IMG/VR virus record: IMGVR_UViG_3300032284_002843
Coordinates: 1-64,000 of that record
DNA length: 64,000 nucleotides
DNA from: a virus
Reading direction: 5' to 3' (one strand)
Shown: piece by piece, positions 9,101-19,796 of the stretch
Position numbering within the stretch: position 1 is the first letter of the stretch
How the letters are laid out: every line of letters begins with the position of its first letter
Program-made: the position numbers and the translations under genes
Notes under the pieces: model-generated
Told to the model about the DNA's origin: nothing
The model's input: the letters and a program-made list of their open reading frames with translations, nothing else
Databases searched by the model: none

Positions 9101-10193
9101 TATCCATAAATGTACAATCCTGAACTCTGTTATAGCTTTGATTTAATGGTACACCAAAATCTCTTTCATATCTAAATCCAATAACATTTGTACCTTGTCC
9201 GTCGAATCCCAACCTTGCCACTATACCATCATGCATGCCTGCACTCCACATGATACTGGCTCTGTAATCATCGGGCCCAATCCATTTTATAATAGTTGTA
9301 TTAGGATCATCACCTACCACATGCAGACCCAGTGCTGTGGTTGGCGGATCCGTTCTACTATCACCAAGTCTTAGTGCATCGCTAACAAGATATGTTCCAG
9401 GCGGAAAATACACAGTGTTTGTATTAACCCAAGTAGTCCAATCGGCATTAGAACCCAGCTGATAGAACGAAGATACTGCATTAATAGCAGCTTGAATGGC
9501 AGCAGTACTATCAAATGTTCCAGTAGGATCGGCTCCAAAATGCTCCACAACATTCACAAAATCAACAAATGGACCTGCGAATTCTAAATCTGTTGGACCA
9601 TCATCTGGTTGGGGTACTGGATCATAGCTAACACGATTTCTACCTAAATTAATAGCATAAATCAAACTAATAGTTGGCTGTGCGTTTTGAACAGGACTAT
9701 AATACTGATAAGAAAAATATATTTTTTCGCCACCAGACCCTGTAGTTTGACCGGTGTCACTGTTAGGATGAAAATTATTAGTTGATAAGATATTTGGCGG
9801 TATTTGTGTGAGATAGTAGTTTTCTACGCTGTTATTGTTATACCAATAAGGATTTAATCCATTTACACTATCCATCCATACTCTGTCAGAGCCGCCTAAT
9901 GAACCCATTTTTGGATTTAGTTCCATCAAACGTTTAGCCGGCACAGCTCCCATGCTGTCTATACCTGCCAAAATCACTCCTCTAAAATCAGGAAGACGGA
10001 AGGTATTTGGTCCATTGCCTGTGCCAAATGTGAAACCTATATTAGCAAATAGTTCTGGATAATCTCTTATGGCAATTTCTTGTCCAAAGCATTCCATTTC
10101 ATTATCAGCCAGACTGGTGCTGCCAAGTATTCTCACTTCACCAACTGTATATTTGTTTGTTACTATGGCTATTTGATCACTAAGTTTTTTCAT
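6144..10193 (-). CDS. Tail fibre/spike: tail-collar domain, pectin-lyase-like beta-helix, C-terminal LamG/concanavalin domain
   Basis: YPELFANIG..FG.G.G..TF.LPD.RG collar motif; VNVVEHFGADPTG..DSTAAIQAAI and VYFPPGTYLVS; C-terminal WFQIAGVFDG..LYLNG. Confidence 0.8.
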   Translation of the reverse strand: MKKLSDQIAIVTNKYTVGEVRILGSTSLADNEMECFGQEIAIRDYPELFANIGFTFGTGNGPNTFRLPDFRGVILAGIDSMGAVPAKRLMELNPKMGSLGGSDRVWMDSVNGLNPYWYNNNSVENYYLTQIPPNILSTNNFHPNSDTGQTTGSGGEKIYFSYQYYSPVQNAQPTISLIYAINLGRNRVSYDPVPQPDDGPTDLEFAGPFVDFVNVVEHFGADPTGTFDSTAAIQAAINAVSSFYQLGSNADWTTWVNTNTVYFPPGTYLVSDALRLGDSRTDPPTTALGLHVVGDDPNTTIIKWIGPDDYRASIMWSAGMHDGIVARLGFDGQGTNVIGFRYERDFGVPLNQSYNRVQDCTFMDMGCGIANTDYVPGVGTDSEISIQRCRFYRCSNYGVTTYAAEAYDYFIRNCYFESCGKGVGIQLEDGYSNFYPHTQYWSNGVGQLSVYDSVFNASKECDVYGVHGQNIGVRRNVSINSFRFMISDTAYLSVTDNRIIYPVVTDCINQISQFGGGGGSRRVSIWFANNEFCMRPDASGPIYKELYFIPQDYNYGYRTNEVSSDTRLISGAFSAYNNKFNVSYEDVWAFDPRLIQVVLDTIINQTIDDTLPPLTAQIPKRSRQIFYIYPDAPGWNKGTVQDQINVAVAYAQANPGSWPVIYGMRYATGEVVVTNPIEIPANVEIAIQGQGYRSGWAKYQSYYNWSGLSWPVWLLRGPSKVKFYWMGFTQGKDLTPGRHVIVDNSDQPGARLVNDNGSGVLKTFTSNVHCLQNDLVPGVGGYDDYCVSSNWQSAGDGFVLIDGAGTGHDAPGGVDPQRYPEIEMQSGSQTYLRDIWHESNGTPNIALWTIKGNNAVQSTFFNYESSRPGITSTQGYAYSVVKFDNVKGQAVISAPVGGVANIIGDSSQFSYVTFNGPAAIDHGFYLTKFNGIPIAPKGQVNTNTDLPGWPNSYNGDIADAYYTYDTGHNWIWDGAQWIDRGGQVGTIGSAELLPGWPNSYQSAVPAGKGWHWTGSEWIIRPVGDNTGAPLVGDGFFVLDTMTFWLWNGSAWEQHTGMPMPSTYFHYMASRFWYGNPPKWFTGWPNGTAGTLPANYQEIFDRMSSVRPEKYPQALADGITDVRLERSYLNVEMWNGPYEIISNPNLVLSYDTGNVQSYPRIGSTIYDISASRNPAFFNGYINFLFDNNGILEFNGVDTWCDLYHKDLPNGTDPCTIIAWAKTYDAGGFRWILSYGTANNHQSRSLGINGTTPIWAGYADDVSGGTITAGTWFQIAGVFDGSTATLYLNGVNVASHTVSWNTVTNTAQIGRQTNGSEYWNGTIGQITVYNTALNDSDILSNYNLYKDRYGL

Positions 10194-10197
10194 ATGA

Positions 10198-13100
10198 TTA
10201 AACTACAAAAGTATTTCCAAAGAATGTAATATCACCACTAACCCTGTACAGTCTTGCATCAGTTATGTTATCATTTAGATTGTTTATGAAGACAACTGGC
10301 TGCACGCCGGTGAGGCGATTGGCTCTATTTTGGTAATCGATTGGTAATGTACCTCCCGTGCCGCTTGGAGCTCCATCGTACCAATATGCATTCAGTGGCG
10401 CTGCAGGCGTAGTAGATGGGAAGTATACGCCTCTGTTGGTGCTGTGTTGCCCCATATCAATGAAATAATAGTTACTTGGCATAGATACATTACCACCTAG
10501 ATCCTGCCATACACTACCAGACCATTTCCATAGTCTATGAGTGTCCTTGGTTACATAGGCATCATTGACATTACCGCTATATGAGTTTGGATAGCCAGGA
10601 AGATGTGTTGCTGTATCTATAGCACCTATCAATCCTACAACATCCTGCCATTGTGCTCCATCCCATACCCATAAATGACCAAAGTCCTGAGTATAGTATG
10701 CATCATTGGTATTGCCAGTATAGCTCGTTGGCCAACCAGACAACGCTGTTTTTGTACTAACCGAACCCAGTATGTTAATAGGTTGATTGTTATAAATGTT
10801 AAAGATATTATTATCATCAACAATGAACACGCTGCCACCTAGGCTCATAACATCCAAATGACTGCTGTCACCTTGTATGTTCATTCTGCCTCTAATATCA
10901 CTAGATGACAACACGACATTTCCACGATAATTTTGTACGGTCATCTGAGTTACATCATGTGCATAATGCCCTTGAGTATTGTAGCTATAATCATAGGATG
11001 AAACTATGCTAGAACTTTCAACACTGAACCATCCACCGTTAATACTGGTATTACCATTAAGGTTGAATACTGATATAACAGGAAGACCATAGTTTGTATA
11101 GTAAAACATATCTCGAACAAATACGGTACTGCCATCGCCAATGGTGATATTTGGAAAACCAAATCCCGGCGGATCAAATCCCACGCTTACACCTTCTAAC
11201 AGCACAAAGCTATTACCGGTAGTTGTGGTATTACTGGCAAAATAGATAGGTGGTTGATTGTTACCAGCATATGGATCGCCAAAGTTTCTATAAGTTAAAT
11301 CTGTAAACTGAATCTGTGTGTTACTGATTTGGTCAGCTCGTGGCATCAATCTACAATCGTCGTTTATAACTCTTGATCCAGATTGATCAATATTTTCAAA
11401 TACAACTCTCAAGCCGCTCTTGCCACCACGGTCATTATCGTCAACTTGATTGCTTCCATCCCAGGCAACGTTACGCATGGTAACTTTACTAGGTCCACGG
11501 AAAAGAATGTACGGAACATTTTCATATCCTGCATATGGACCACTGTAACCAAATCTCGCAGTGGCACTGGCTCCTTGAAAACTCATTTTTATGTTAGCAG
11601 GGAATATCAATGGCATAACTTGCAGGATTAGGTTTGGTGGTCCGACGTTCACATTGGCCCATGTTGGCATATAAACCACTGGTTCGCTATCTGGATTTGC
11701 CAGTGCATATGCAGCAGCGGCATCAATAGTCTGTTGTGCAGTAGACATTGTATCAATAACAAACGGTTGACGTGCAACCTGTGCAGGAAATGCCGGCCTC
11801 ATCGGAACTGTAACTGGAACATTTTGATTGATAAAAGTATTCCAAACTAATCTATTTGTATAACGTGAGTCAAATCCAAATACACCAGAATAATTGACAC
11901 TGAAACTGTTGTTCCATGCAACAAATGGCGGATTATTTAGGTCTCGATTCCATAAAACAGCCCCATCATTACCGCCCTGTGGAGTGTCATATGTGACATT
12001 ATACAAATCTAGCCATATTGGTCCAACTGCTCCGGTGCGTGATTTGACCTGATTATTAGCAAAAGTTACTCTGGACTGATTTGCATACTGTGTAACATGA
12101 TGAATACAATCTGTGTTCAGGGGATTTACGATTCTATTTCCAATAATACTTATTTGCCCACTTAGGGCCAATAGGAATCTGCCACTGTTAATGCTAAAGT
12201 TTCTACGTATACCTGTGTTAGTTCCATTAGCATAAAAAATATCAAAATAAGTGCTGGCGTTGAATATGCAATCATATACACTGAAGTCGCCTGGCTGTGG
12301 GAAACTTACTAAGTTTACATTACAATCAGCATAGTTATAACCATGATTTATCATAGTTACACCAGTTACATGTCCACCACTGATGGTTGCAGTGGCTTCT
12401 GCTGCTACGCCAGTACTACTTTGAATCCATACCCAAGGAGCAACTGTAAATCCACCGCCCTGAGCATTTGGTGTAATGGTATTGATACCCATATTAAGAT
12501 TTAGTGTGCAGTTTGTTCCGCCGCTTGGGCTCACAGTAGTTGCTACATCTGTTAAAGTCGGTAGAACACTATAGTTACCAGCATTAAGAATGTTTACGGC
12601 TGTTACTGCACCTGTACCATCAACCTGCGTGACCGTTACGGTAGTCGCTGTGCCGGTACCGCCCACTATAGTCAATACATCATTTTGGTTATATCCTGAA
12701 CCACCAGCTGCTATGCCAACTCCAACTGCGAGATAAGTCGCAGAACAACCAATATTATCATTGGCATTGTAGTCAGCAAAGTCAACTATATTGCCTATCG
12801 ACGGTGCACCTACTCCAATATAGCATCCTTCAAAGTAGCATTGTCTTATGCTCCATTCTAATGTATGATTGTATTGACCATATAAGCAAACACCGTAACT
12901 AGAACAACGATAGAATCTGCTACGATAGACACTGAAATCATTAAAGTTGCCAACGTTAGCAACTATAGTTCGTTTGATACCATAGGCTAAATCTTTGAAA
13001 ATACAGTCTTGTATTCTGCTTTCATCGCCACCATAGTTTGGTGTTGTCGAAGTATAATCAACTCTAATACCTTCACTGCCGGTAACACTTTGTCCGTCAA

Positions 13101-14043
13101 AGGTAATACGGCTGAAACTGCAGTTACTACCACTGCTAAACCAAAGCATAGGAGAATATACAGGTCCAGTCCATTTCAATGTTGTTGTAGACGGATCTTG
13201 ACCATAAAGGCTAAAGGTGTGTCTGTCTATTTGACTCAAACCTTGGCCTGGCCAATAGAGAGTTTTGCTGATTAAATATGTTCCAGATGGCACATACATA
13301 GCTGAGATTTGATACCATGTATTTTGATGAGCTTCATCTCCTAAAAACTTTCCACTATAGACATCATTAATCATATGTTGGAAAGCTGCAGAGCTGTCTA
13401 CTGTGCCTGTTGGATCTGCACCATAGTCAGAAACAACGTTGACCCAATCAAGGAATGGTCCATTGAACTCCTCATCAATCGCCTGATCACCCGGAGCAGG
13501 AGTTGGAACTGCTCCAACAACGTTTCTACCGAGGTTAATGACATAGTTCATTGTCATAGTTGGCTGAACATTTGGTACTGGTACCTGTGGTTGTGCAGTT
13601 TGATATAGTTGTGATCCACCAGTTCCTGTTGTTAGGCCGCTGTCCTGACCAATGTTTCGAAGTGACAAAAGAAACGATGGTAGATTTTCTGTTAGCAATA
13701 ATTTTCTATCAACACCGCCTGTAGCTCCTAATACATCTGCATTAATACCAGGATTGCCGGCACCGTAATCACTTAATCTCCCTGCAGGAAAACCTCCCAT
13801 GCTGTCTACGCCTGCTATTGTAACACCACGTAGATCAGGAATATTGAACGTTGTGGTACCATTACCTGCACCAAATGTTGTACCAATTTTAGCAAACAGT
13901 TCTGGATAATCTGCACGGTTAAGTTCTGCACCCCAGCATAGCATTTCAAATGGTTGAACAGCATAATTGCTTAATGCTCGAATCTTTCCAACATCTTGTT
14001 TGTTCTGACTTAATCTAATCTGTGATAATAAACTAGTTGACAT
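10198..14043 (-). CDS. Tail fibre/spike paralog: tail-collar plus pectin-lyase-like beta-helix
   Basis: RADYPELFAKIGTTFGAGNGTTTFNIPDLRG; NVVSDYGADPTG; YVPSGTYLIS; colinear with 6144-10193. Confidence 0.8.
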   Translation of the reverse strand: MSTSLLSQIRLSQNKQDVGKIRALSNYAVQPFEMLCWGAELNRADYPELFAKIGTTFGAGNGTTTFNIPDLRGVTIAGVDSMGGFPAGRLSDYGAGNPGINADVLGATGGVDRKLLLTENLPSFLLSLRNIGQDSGLTTGTGGSQLYQTAQPQVPVPNVQPTMTMNYVINLGRNVVGAVPTPAPGDQAIDEEFNGPFLDWVNVVSDYGADPTGTVDSSAAFQHMINDVYSGKFLGDEAHQNTWYQISAMYVPSGTYLISKTLYWPGQGLSQIDRHTFSLYGQDPSTTTLKWTGPVYSPMLWFSSGSNCSFSRITFDGQSVTGSEGIRVDYTSTTPNYGGDESRIQDCIFKDLAYGIKRTIVANVGNFNDFSVYRSRFYRCSSYGVCLYGQYNHTLEWSIRQCYFEGCYIGVGAPSIGNIVDFADYNANDNIGCSATYLAVGVGIAAGGSGYNQNDVLTIVGGTGTATTVTVTQVDGTGAVTAVNILNAGNYSVLPTLTDVATTVSPSGGTNCTLNLNMGINTITPNAQGGGFTVAPWVWIQSSTGVAAEATATISGGHVTGVTMINHGYNYADCNVNLVSFPQPGDFSVYDCIFNASTYFDIFYANGTNTGIRRNFSINSGRFLLALSGQISIIGNRIVNPLNTDCIHHVTQYANQSRVTFANNQVKSRTGAVGPIWLDLYNVTYDTPQGGNDGAVLWNRDLNNPPFVAWNNSFSVNYSGVFGFDSRYTNRLVWNTFINQNVPVTVPMRPAFPAQVARQPFVIDTMSTAQQTIDAAAAYALANPDSEPVVYMPTWANVNVGPPNLILQVMPLIFPANIKMSFQGASATARFGYSGPYAGYENVPYILFRGPSKVTMRNVAWDGSNQVDDNDRGGKSGLRVVFENIDQSGSRVINDDCRLMPRADQISNTQIQFTDLTYRNFGDPYAGNNQPPIYFASNTTTTGNSFVLLEGVSVGFDPPGFGFPNITIGDGSTVFVRDMFYYTNYGLPVISVFNLNGNTSINGGWFSVESSSIVSSYDYSYNTQGHYAHDVTQMTVQNYRGNVVLSSSDIRGRMNIQGDSSHLDVMSLGGSVFIVDDNNIFNIYNNQPINILGSVSTKTALSGWPTSYTGNTNDAYYTQDFGHLWVWDGAQWQDVVGLIGAIDTATHLPGYPNSYSGNVNDAYVTKDTHRLWKWSGSVWQDLGGNVSMPSNYYFIDMGQHSTNRGVYFPSTTPAAPLNAYWYDGAPSGTGGTLPIDYQNRANRLTGVQPVVFINNLNDNITDARLYRVSGDITFFGNTFVV

Positions 14044-14055
14044 GAATCTTTCCGG

Positions 14056-16143
14056 TTATCCAAATGGGAATAGTTGAGTATATTCTCTGGTTCGCCACAC
14101 ACTGCCAGTCCATGCAAAAACTATTCTAGCAGGTGTATCCAGAATCAGTCCTGTATTGCCGTCTATTGTAGTGCTGGCTGCAATTGTTACATTGTTAGTT
14201 GACCATTCGCCGACTGGGTCTGCTACTGTTACAGTGTCATAAAGTGCTGCACCGTCTGGTAATGTTAATGTGAAACTTCCACCGGTGCTGTCTGCATAAA
14301 TCTTTTGATTTGGTACTGCTGTATAATCAGCTGTTACTAGAGAATATGTATCAGCAACACTGCTACCATTAACTGTAAGTGTTCCATTTGGAGTTACTGT
14401 TAGTGCTTGACCGCCAATATAGATAGTATTGCCGCTAACATATAGATGTCGCCATTGAGAATCTGCACTGCCTAGATCAACTTCAGCATTGCTTTGTGGA
14501 AGTATGTTTCCTGGTACATACAAATTGCCAGTTGAATTAAATTCCCAACCAATAGATCCATCAAAAGTTGTAGTTGGCAACTCAATAAAAGCAACGTGCC
14601 CGCCTTGATTATTATAATTATCTGAAATATAAATGTAGCTAGACTTAGTACCATCAGTTGGATCTTCTCCATAGGTCATGCTAACCCAAGGATGAACATT
14701 ACTTGCATAAAGATCTAATGCACCTGATTTTTCAACATCTCCCAGTTGTCCCATTGGCAGATGTATTATTCCACTGTTATCAAATGCCCAAACATTACTA
14801 TTATTGCTGATGACAACATTGCCTTGACCATTTGGTGTAACTATAATATCTACATTATTAGTTACCGTTGTAATCGTTGTGTCATATGCTACAATGTTAC
14901 CAAGATTTTGTACGGCTGGTCCAGTAGGTCCTGTTGGGCCAACAACTCCTCCCGCACTATCTTGATATGTTCCATCAGGATATTTGACGCCTCCAGACGT
15001 AATTTGTACCCAACCGCCAACTGTTAATGTGCTACTCGGGGCGGTATTGTTGATTCCAACATTACCACTGGCAGTTATTCTTACAGATTCTTGTCTTTTT
15101 CCAGCTACAGGAGATTGTGTAGCAAATACTATAGTGCCACCGTTATTGTAATTGCCTGCCGGGGCCAGTGTTAGAATATCTAGACCTTGTGCAATGTCAG
15201 ATCTATTTGATAATATTAGATTTGAATTGTATCCCGGTACACTCCACACAACATTAGACTTGGTGAATATGTTACCATTAAGAGTTAAACCGGTTCTATC
15301 AATACTAGAATATAATTTAGTTAATGTAGCATCTGTAAACTTTAGCAGTGTCCCAGTATAACTTAGGCCTTCGCTGACGCTTATAGGACCAACTCCGGAA
15401 TTTACTATAACATTTGCAGTTGGTCCAGATTGATATGCAGTTTGAAAATTAGCTGTAGGGCCGGTTTGTCCTTGCAAACCTCTTGGGCCAGTTGGACCTG
15501 TGTCGCCGAGAACTCCGGTTGGACCAGTGTATGAGAATCCTTGTACTCCTCGTGGGCCAGTGACACCTCTACTGCCGGTAGGACCAGTAATTCCTCTTGG
15601 TCCTGTATATCCTGTTGAACCTCTGATTCCCTGCGGACCTTGCGGACCAGTTAATGCTGCACCAGTTGGGCCAGTTCGGCCTGTTGGTCCCGTAGGACCT
15701 GTGCGACCAGTGGCTCCAATAGGACCTGTTATGTTGCTGAGTGGTCCAGTTGGTCCTGTATAACCAACATCACCTGTGCTACCTGTAGCACCAGTTGGTC
15801 CTGTCACCATACTGTCTGCTCCTGTCGGACCTGTTATATATGGGCCGGTGGGACCAGTTGGTCCAAATGGACCTAATGCACCTTGTGGACCTATCCTACC
15901 AGTTGGACCAGTTGGACCAAAGTCTCCTGTACTACCAGTTGGACCACCTAACGGCCCAGTAGGACCCTGAGGACCGGTTAAACCGTAAAACGCAATACTT
16001 TGTAATTCAGTAATTTCATTTGCTGCCTCGTCTACTGCATTTTTAATTGCCTGAAAGTTATCTCTGAACCCTTGGCTATCATTATCAAGTCCTGCAATAG
16101 GAAAGTAAACATTTATGTTTGAGGTATATATATTACTAGTCAT
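14056..16143 (-). CDS. Collagen-repeat virion fibre protein
   Basis: Long G-P-T / G-X-Y run; phage fibre-like C-terminus. Confidence 0.75.
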   Translation of the reverse strand: MTSNIYTSNINVYFPIAGLDNDSQGFRDNFQAIKNAVDEAANEITELQSIAFYGLTGPQGPTGPLGGPTGSTGDFGPTGPTGRIGPQGALGPFGPTGPTGPYITGPTGADSMVTGPTGATGSTGDVGYTGPTGPLSNITGPIGATGRTGPTGPTGRTGPTGAALTGPQGPQGIRGSTGYTGPRGITGPTGSRGVTGPRGVQGFSYTGPTGVLGDTGPTGPRGLQGQTGPTANFQTAYQSGPTANVIVNSGVGPISVSEGLSYTGTLLKFTDATLTKLYSSIDRTGLTLNGNIFTKSNVVWSVPGYNSNLILSNRSDIAQGLDILTLAPAGNYNNGGTIVFATQSPVAGKRQESVRITASGNVGINNTAPSSTLTVGGWVQITSGGVKYPDGTYQDSAGGVVGPTGPTGPAVQNLGNIVAYDTTITTVTNNVDIIVTPNGQGNVVISNNSNVWAFDNSGIIHLPMGQLGDVEKSGALDLYASNVHPWVSMTYGEDPTDGTKSSYIYISDNYNNQGGHVAFIELPTTTFDGSIGWEFNSTGNLYVPGNILPQSNAEVDLGSADSQWRHLYVSGNTIYIGGQALTVTPNGTLTVNGSSVADTYSLVTADYTAVPNQKIYADSTGGSFTLTLPDGAALYDTVTVADPVGEWSTNNVTIAASTTIDGNTGLILDTPARIVFAWTGSVWRTREYTQLFPFG
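15455..15980 (-). repeat. Collagen-like (GPT-rich) coding repeat
   Basis: Recurring ggaccaact/ggtcctact 9-mers. Confidence 0.85.
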
Positions 16144-16166
16144 TTATGCTACCAATTTACTATTAT

Positions 16167-18737
16167 TTAGTACACAGCGTTATTGCCACTGTATGTTCGG
16201 TTGTTTACTCTTATCAGCACCGGATATAAACTAGAGCTGGTTCTGATGGGAAGAATTTGATCAAATCTGGTTGCATAAAATTCATACGTAGTTAACAATC
16301 GGTTAAAAATAGTTGAACCATAAACAAATCTGTTGTTATATGCTAGTGGATCTTGATAATCAAATTCTGTATAAGAATTATCAAAATAAGTCATTTTGTT
16401 ATCAAAAATTGTCTCGTATGCAGATTCGGTTTCTTCAAATCTAGTGTTATCCCCATCAAATGTTGTAAACTCGTCATCAAAAGACGATTTTCCATACCAT
16501 TTAATACCTTCCCAATAGAAGACAAAGTAATTTGGTGTCCAGGTATTACCATAAATTGTTAAATTTGAATTAAGAGATTCAGCAGCTAATGAGCCACTAA
16601 CAGCATTTATGTTGCCAAATCCGACTGCTGGAAACCATTCTTTTTGCCATGTAGGCAATAGTTCTGGTCCTTGTGTATTAAATGATATAGCAGTTTGATA
16701 ATTTGTACCAGTTGATACCACCTGTACCTTAGGAATTCCCCAAATTATTTCAAAGGTTGCGTTGGTGTAGGTATTTTTCTCTACAGTCCAGGTAGTCAGC
16801 GACGGCACCTGATAATAATCTCCCGGTGTGTCGATCGTCCAACTAATAATGTTGCCTGTAGGTGATACGTCTGTTACCGTTATTTGACCTGCTGAAAGGT
16901 ATCTACCTAACTGAAATTCTATTACATCGCCTATTTGCCAATTGCTACCAACATCGGTTATTTTCAAATCGACTATACCTAGCACAGCTCTTACAGCAGC
17001 ACCTTGGCCGCTACCCAAAACGTTTATAACCGGCGGACTTAGATAATTTTTACCTGTGTTAATTACCGTAACAGACTCTAATCCACCTGTTGACCAGTTA
17101 AGTACAGGAGATATAATTAAGCCATTACCTCCACCTGCAGAGACAAAATCATACAGCGAGGTCAACTCATTGCGAATATTTTCAAGACTTATAGGAGTTA
17201 CAATACCATTTGTCTGCACATTTGTATTAAAGACAGCGGATGAGTAGACCGAAACATTTGAGTTACCTTGATAATCATAGATATTTCTGTACACAAAGCT
17301 ATTGGTACCTGAGATCTCTGTGTTTGAGGCTGAACCAAATTGTAAATTTAAATTGTGTAGCCAAGGTTCAATCTGATTGTAGATTTTTTTATTATCAGCA
17401 TACCCAGTTTCTAGACCCCTTATTAGATTCAACCGCGGAGGATTTTCGTATGTTTCTAAACTATCAAAGATAGTGGTGCCAGGCTCTCTTATTCTCAATG
17501 CACTGGCATCATTTATCCATTGGGTTCTTTCGTTGCCCATTAAAGGTATATCTATTCCAAAGAAAATATCACTATAAACTTTCTCAACGGTTAGTTTAAA
17601 TTGTTTTATAACAGTTTGATATCCATCATCTGCACTTACATCAAAATTATAGGTTTTAGGTTCGGCATGATATTCACAAAAGCCTTCTATGCTACCTTGA
17701 GATTTATTGATAATAAGATTTGGTGGAAGTATACCTCCAACAAGATTATAGATTATTAAACCATTTCTTTTAGTGCTGGCTAGCAGTGGAATGCTAAGGT
17801 AGGTGCCATCTTTTACAGTTCCTAGGTTAGACTCAGTAATCCATTCCAGCGAGCTTAAACTTTCATTTGGAATTACTATAATATCAAAAGTTCTAAAACT
17901 TGTTCCTATAGAATTTGTAGCACTAGCTGTGAAAGAATACACTGTTTCCGCAGATACATTGTTTAATCTGCCATACAATAAGCCATCACTTGCTATTTCA
18001 ATAAAAGCATTATTAGGATTTGAAACTAACGCATAACTGACAGGTTGGTCATTTAAGTCTTTTGCTAGCAAATTAATTTCTAGAAAATCATCGCCGATAA
18101 ACGTTCCCAACGTTCCTGCCGGTGTTAACCATTCAGGAGCTCCCGGAATAGTAATTACCTCAATGGTACAAACGATATCAGAATACACCGAAGTGGCAGC
18201 TCTTACAACTACAGTAATAATTGTATTATTTGTTACAACACCACTAGCATCACATAATAATACTCCAGTTTGGGGATTTATACTTACACTAACAGCAGCA
18301 ACAGGAAGAACCTGAGTTGAAACTATGCTGTAGGTAATATGTTCGCCTGCAGGAACAGATGCTTTCAACAGATAACCTTGAGGTAAAACTGAATTTTGGT
18401 AACCTAAAAATGCATTTTGATTTTCCCAACTTGGAGGAATTTTCACTGTTTGCAAGGTTAAATTAAAAGTACGATCTGCAACCGTGCCGTTTAGTTCAGT
18501 AATTCTTAGAGTAAACTTTGATATAATATCGCTACTAGATGCTATACATACCCCTAATACTTTAATAACATATCCAGTTTTTTCTATTCTTAAACCTGCT
18601 GGCAAACTTCCATTGATTTCAGATATGGATGCTGTTGCACTGGCTGAATATTGTATTGTTATCGGGTTTACATCAAAGCTATAATCTTGGCTGTAGGTGC
18701 CAAGATTGCTGGGTGTTACCCATTGGGGAAAATCCAT
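16167..18737 (-). CDS. Virion structural protein with tandem Ig/cadherin-like domains (baseplate-associated)
   Basis: Repeated P.W.T..G.LG and G.LP.GL motifs; late promoter upstream. Confidence 0.65.
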   Translation of the reverse strand: MDFPQWVTPSNLGTYSQDYSFDVNPITIQYSASATASISEINGSLPAGLRIEKTGYVIKVLGVCIASSSDIISKFTLRITELNGTVADRTFNLTLQTVKIPPSWENQNAFLGYQNSVLPQGYLLKASVPAGEHITYSIVSTQVLPVAAVSVSINPQTGVLLCDASGVVTNNTIITVVVRAATSVYSDIVCTIEVITIPGAPEWLTPAGTLGTFIGDDFLEINLLAKDLNDQPVSYALVSNPNNAFIEIASDGLLYGRLNNVSAETVYSFTASATNSIGTSFRTFDIIVIPNESLSSLEWITESNLGTVKDGTYLSIPLLASTKRNGLIIYNLVGGILPPNLIINKSQGSIEGFCEYHAEPKTYNFDVSADDGYQTVIKQFKLTVEKVYSDIFFGIDIPLMGNERTQWINDASALRIREPGTTIFDSLETYENPPRLNLIRGLETGYADNKKIYNQIEPWLHNLNLQFGSASNTEISGTNSFVYRNIYDYQGNSNVSVYSSAVFNTNVQTNGIVTPISLENIRNELTSLYDFVSAGGGNGLIISPVLNWSTGGLESVTVINTGKNYLSPPVINVLGSGQGAAVRAVLGIVDLKITDVGSNWQIGDVIEFQLGRYLSAGQITVTDVSPTGNIISWTIDTPGDYYQVPSLTTWTVEKNTYTNATFEIIWGIPKVQVVSTGTNYQTAISFNTQGPELLPTWQKEWFPAVGFGNINAVSGSLAAESLNSNLTIYGNTWTPNYFVFYWEGIKWYGKSSFDDEFTTFDGDNTRFEETESAYETIFDNKMTYFDNSYTEFDYQDPLAYNNRFVYGSTIFNRLLTTYEFYATRFDQILPIRTSSSLYPVLIRVNNRTYSGNNAVY

Positions 18738-18743
18738 AACATC

Positions 18744-18774
18744 TCCATCGTAATACCATGTATTTACCGATGGA
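18744..18774 (-). promoter_or_regulatory. Late promoter TAAATA inside RBS-occluding hairpin
   Basis: tccatcg (18744-50) / cgatgga (18768-74) flanking tattta (18761-66). Confidence 0.55.
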
Positions 18775-18782
18775 TAATCATG

Positions 18783-19388
18783 TTAAAGTTCAGCTAGCAG
18801 GTGTATTGTGGTAATTTCTCTGATACGTTCGCCCCATGTAAGCTTAACAAACACTAAGTCTTCTTCGTTAGCTAGATATACTCTGGGATTATATCCATTA
18901 GATACCCACTTTATATGTCCGTTGTGCATCAATTTCGCATAATTTTCTTGCATCCAATCATCTATATCGTCAATTGGAGTATGCCAAGTGCGTCGGAAAT
19001 TTACAACGTAACGGAATTTTTTATATAACAGGTTTTTTCTAATGACAATATGATTGTTGTTTTTTAACAAATCAATGTGACTATCATCATGCGGTGCTGT
19101 AATGTTGGTTATGTATTTGCTGTATTTTTGCATACAACTGTCAAATGCTTGTCTCGTTTCAAGATAAAGATTCATAGTTACAGAAACTTGCTTGATTCGC
19201 TTTTTAACACTTATTTTAGTCTTTATTCTGTGTGCCCAGTTTTTTTGATCAATCCATTTCACACATTTTTGTGGGGTCCATCCATTGCCCCATTGTTTTT
19301 TACCATTTGAAAGAGTAGCTGTTCTTTCAAAAGTAATTTTATATGGAAAAATTTTATAATATAATTTACTAGCAAAAAATCTCTGCAT
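18783..19388 (-). CDS. Hypothetical protein
   Basis: 201 aa ORF in gene-dense run. Confidence 0.65.
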   Translation of the reverse strand: MQRFFASKLYYKIFPYKITFERTATLSNGKKQWGNGWTPQKCVKWIDQKNWAHRIKTKISVKKRIKQVSVTMNLYLETRQAFDSCMQKYSKYITNITAPHDDSHIDLLKNNNHIVIRKNLLYKKFRYVVNFRRTWHTPIDDIDDWMQENYAKLMHNGHIKWVSNGYNPRVYLANEEDLVFVKLTWGERIREITTIHLLAEL

Positions 19389-19430
19389 CTAATTAGATTA
19401 CAGAGATTCTTACAGATAGTCGATATCTTT

Positions 19431-19757
19431 TTATCCCTGCCTCAAAGCATGAAGTAGGAACCTACTTTCTAAATCATCATAGAAGCTAGGCCAAATTTCT
19501 TCAAGCTTGTCAAGTGATATTCCTTGGTATTTCTTCGTTTGTTTATCTGCAACCAGGCGTTTAATTTGCCATTTGTCATAGGAATGAGTGGTAAAGCTAA
19601 GGCTCTTACCAGTCCTTGCCCAAAAAACATGAAAAGTTGACGGCATAGCGTTAACTTTGCGTTCAGGATTATAGAAAAACCAACCCCAAACTTTGTCATG
19701 TTGATCGTATTTGCATTGACCAACCCAATGGATATCAAATCTATCACGTTTATTCAT
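19431..19757 (-). CDS. Hypothetical protein
   Basis: 108 aa; TTGACA promoter just upstream (~19787). Confidence 0.65.
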   Translation of the reverse strand: MNKRDRFDIHWVGQCKYDQHDKVWGWFFYNPERKVNAMPSTFHVFWARTGKSLSFTTHSYDKWQIKRLVADKQTKKYQGISLDKLEEIWPSFYDDLESRFLLHALRQG

Positions 19758-19796
19758 GCTATAAAATACAACAGATTCTATAACGTGTCAATGCTT

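Noticed and set aside
15455-15980. Repeat array resembling CRISPR or a tandem repeat element
   Set aside because: 9-nt periodicity is explained by collagen G-X-Y coding; no spacers or cas genes.
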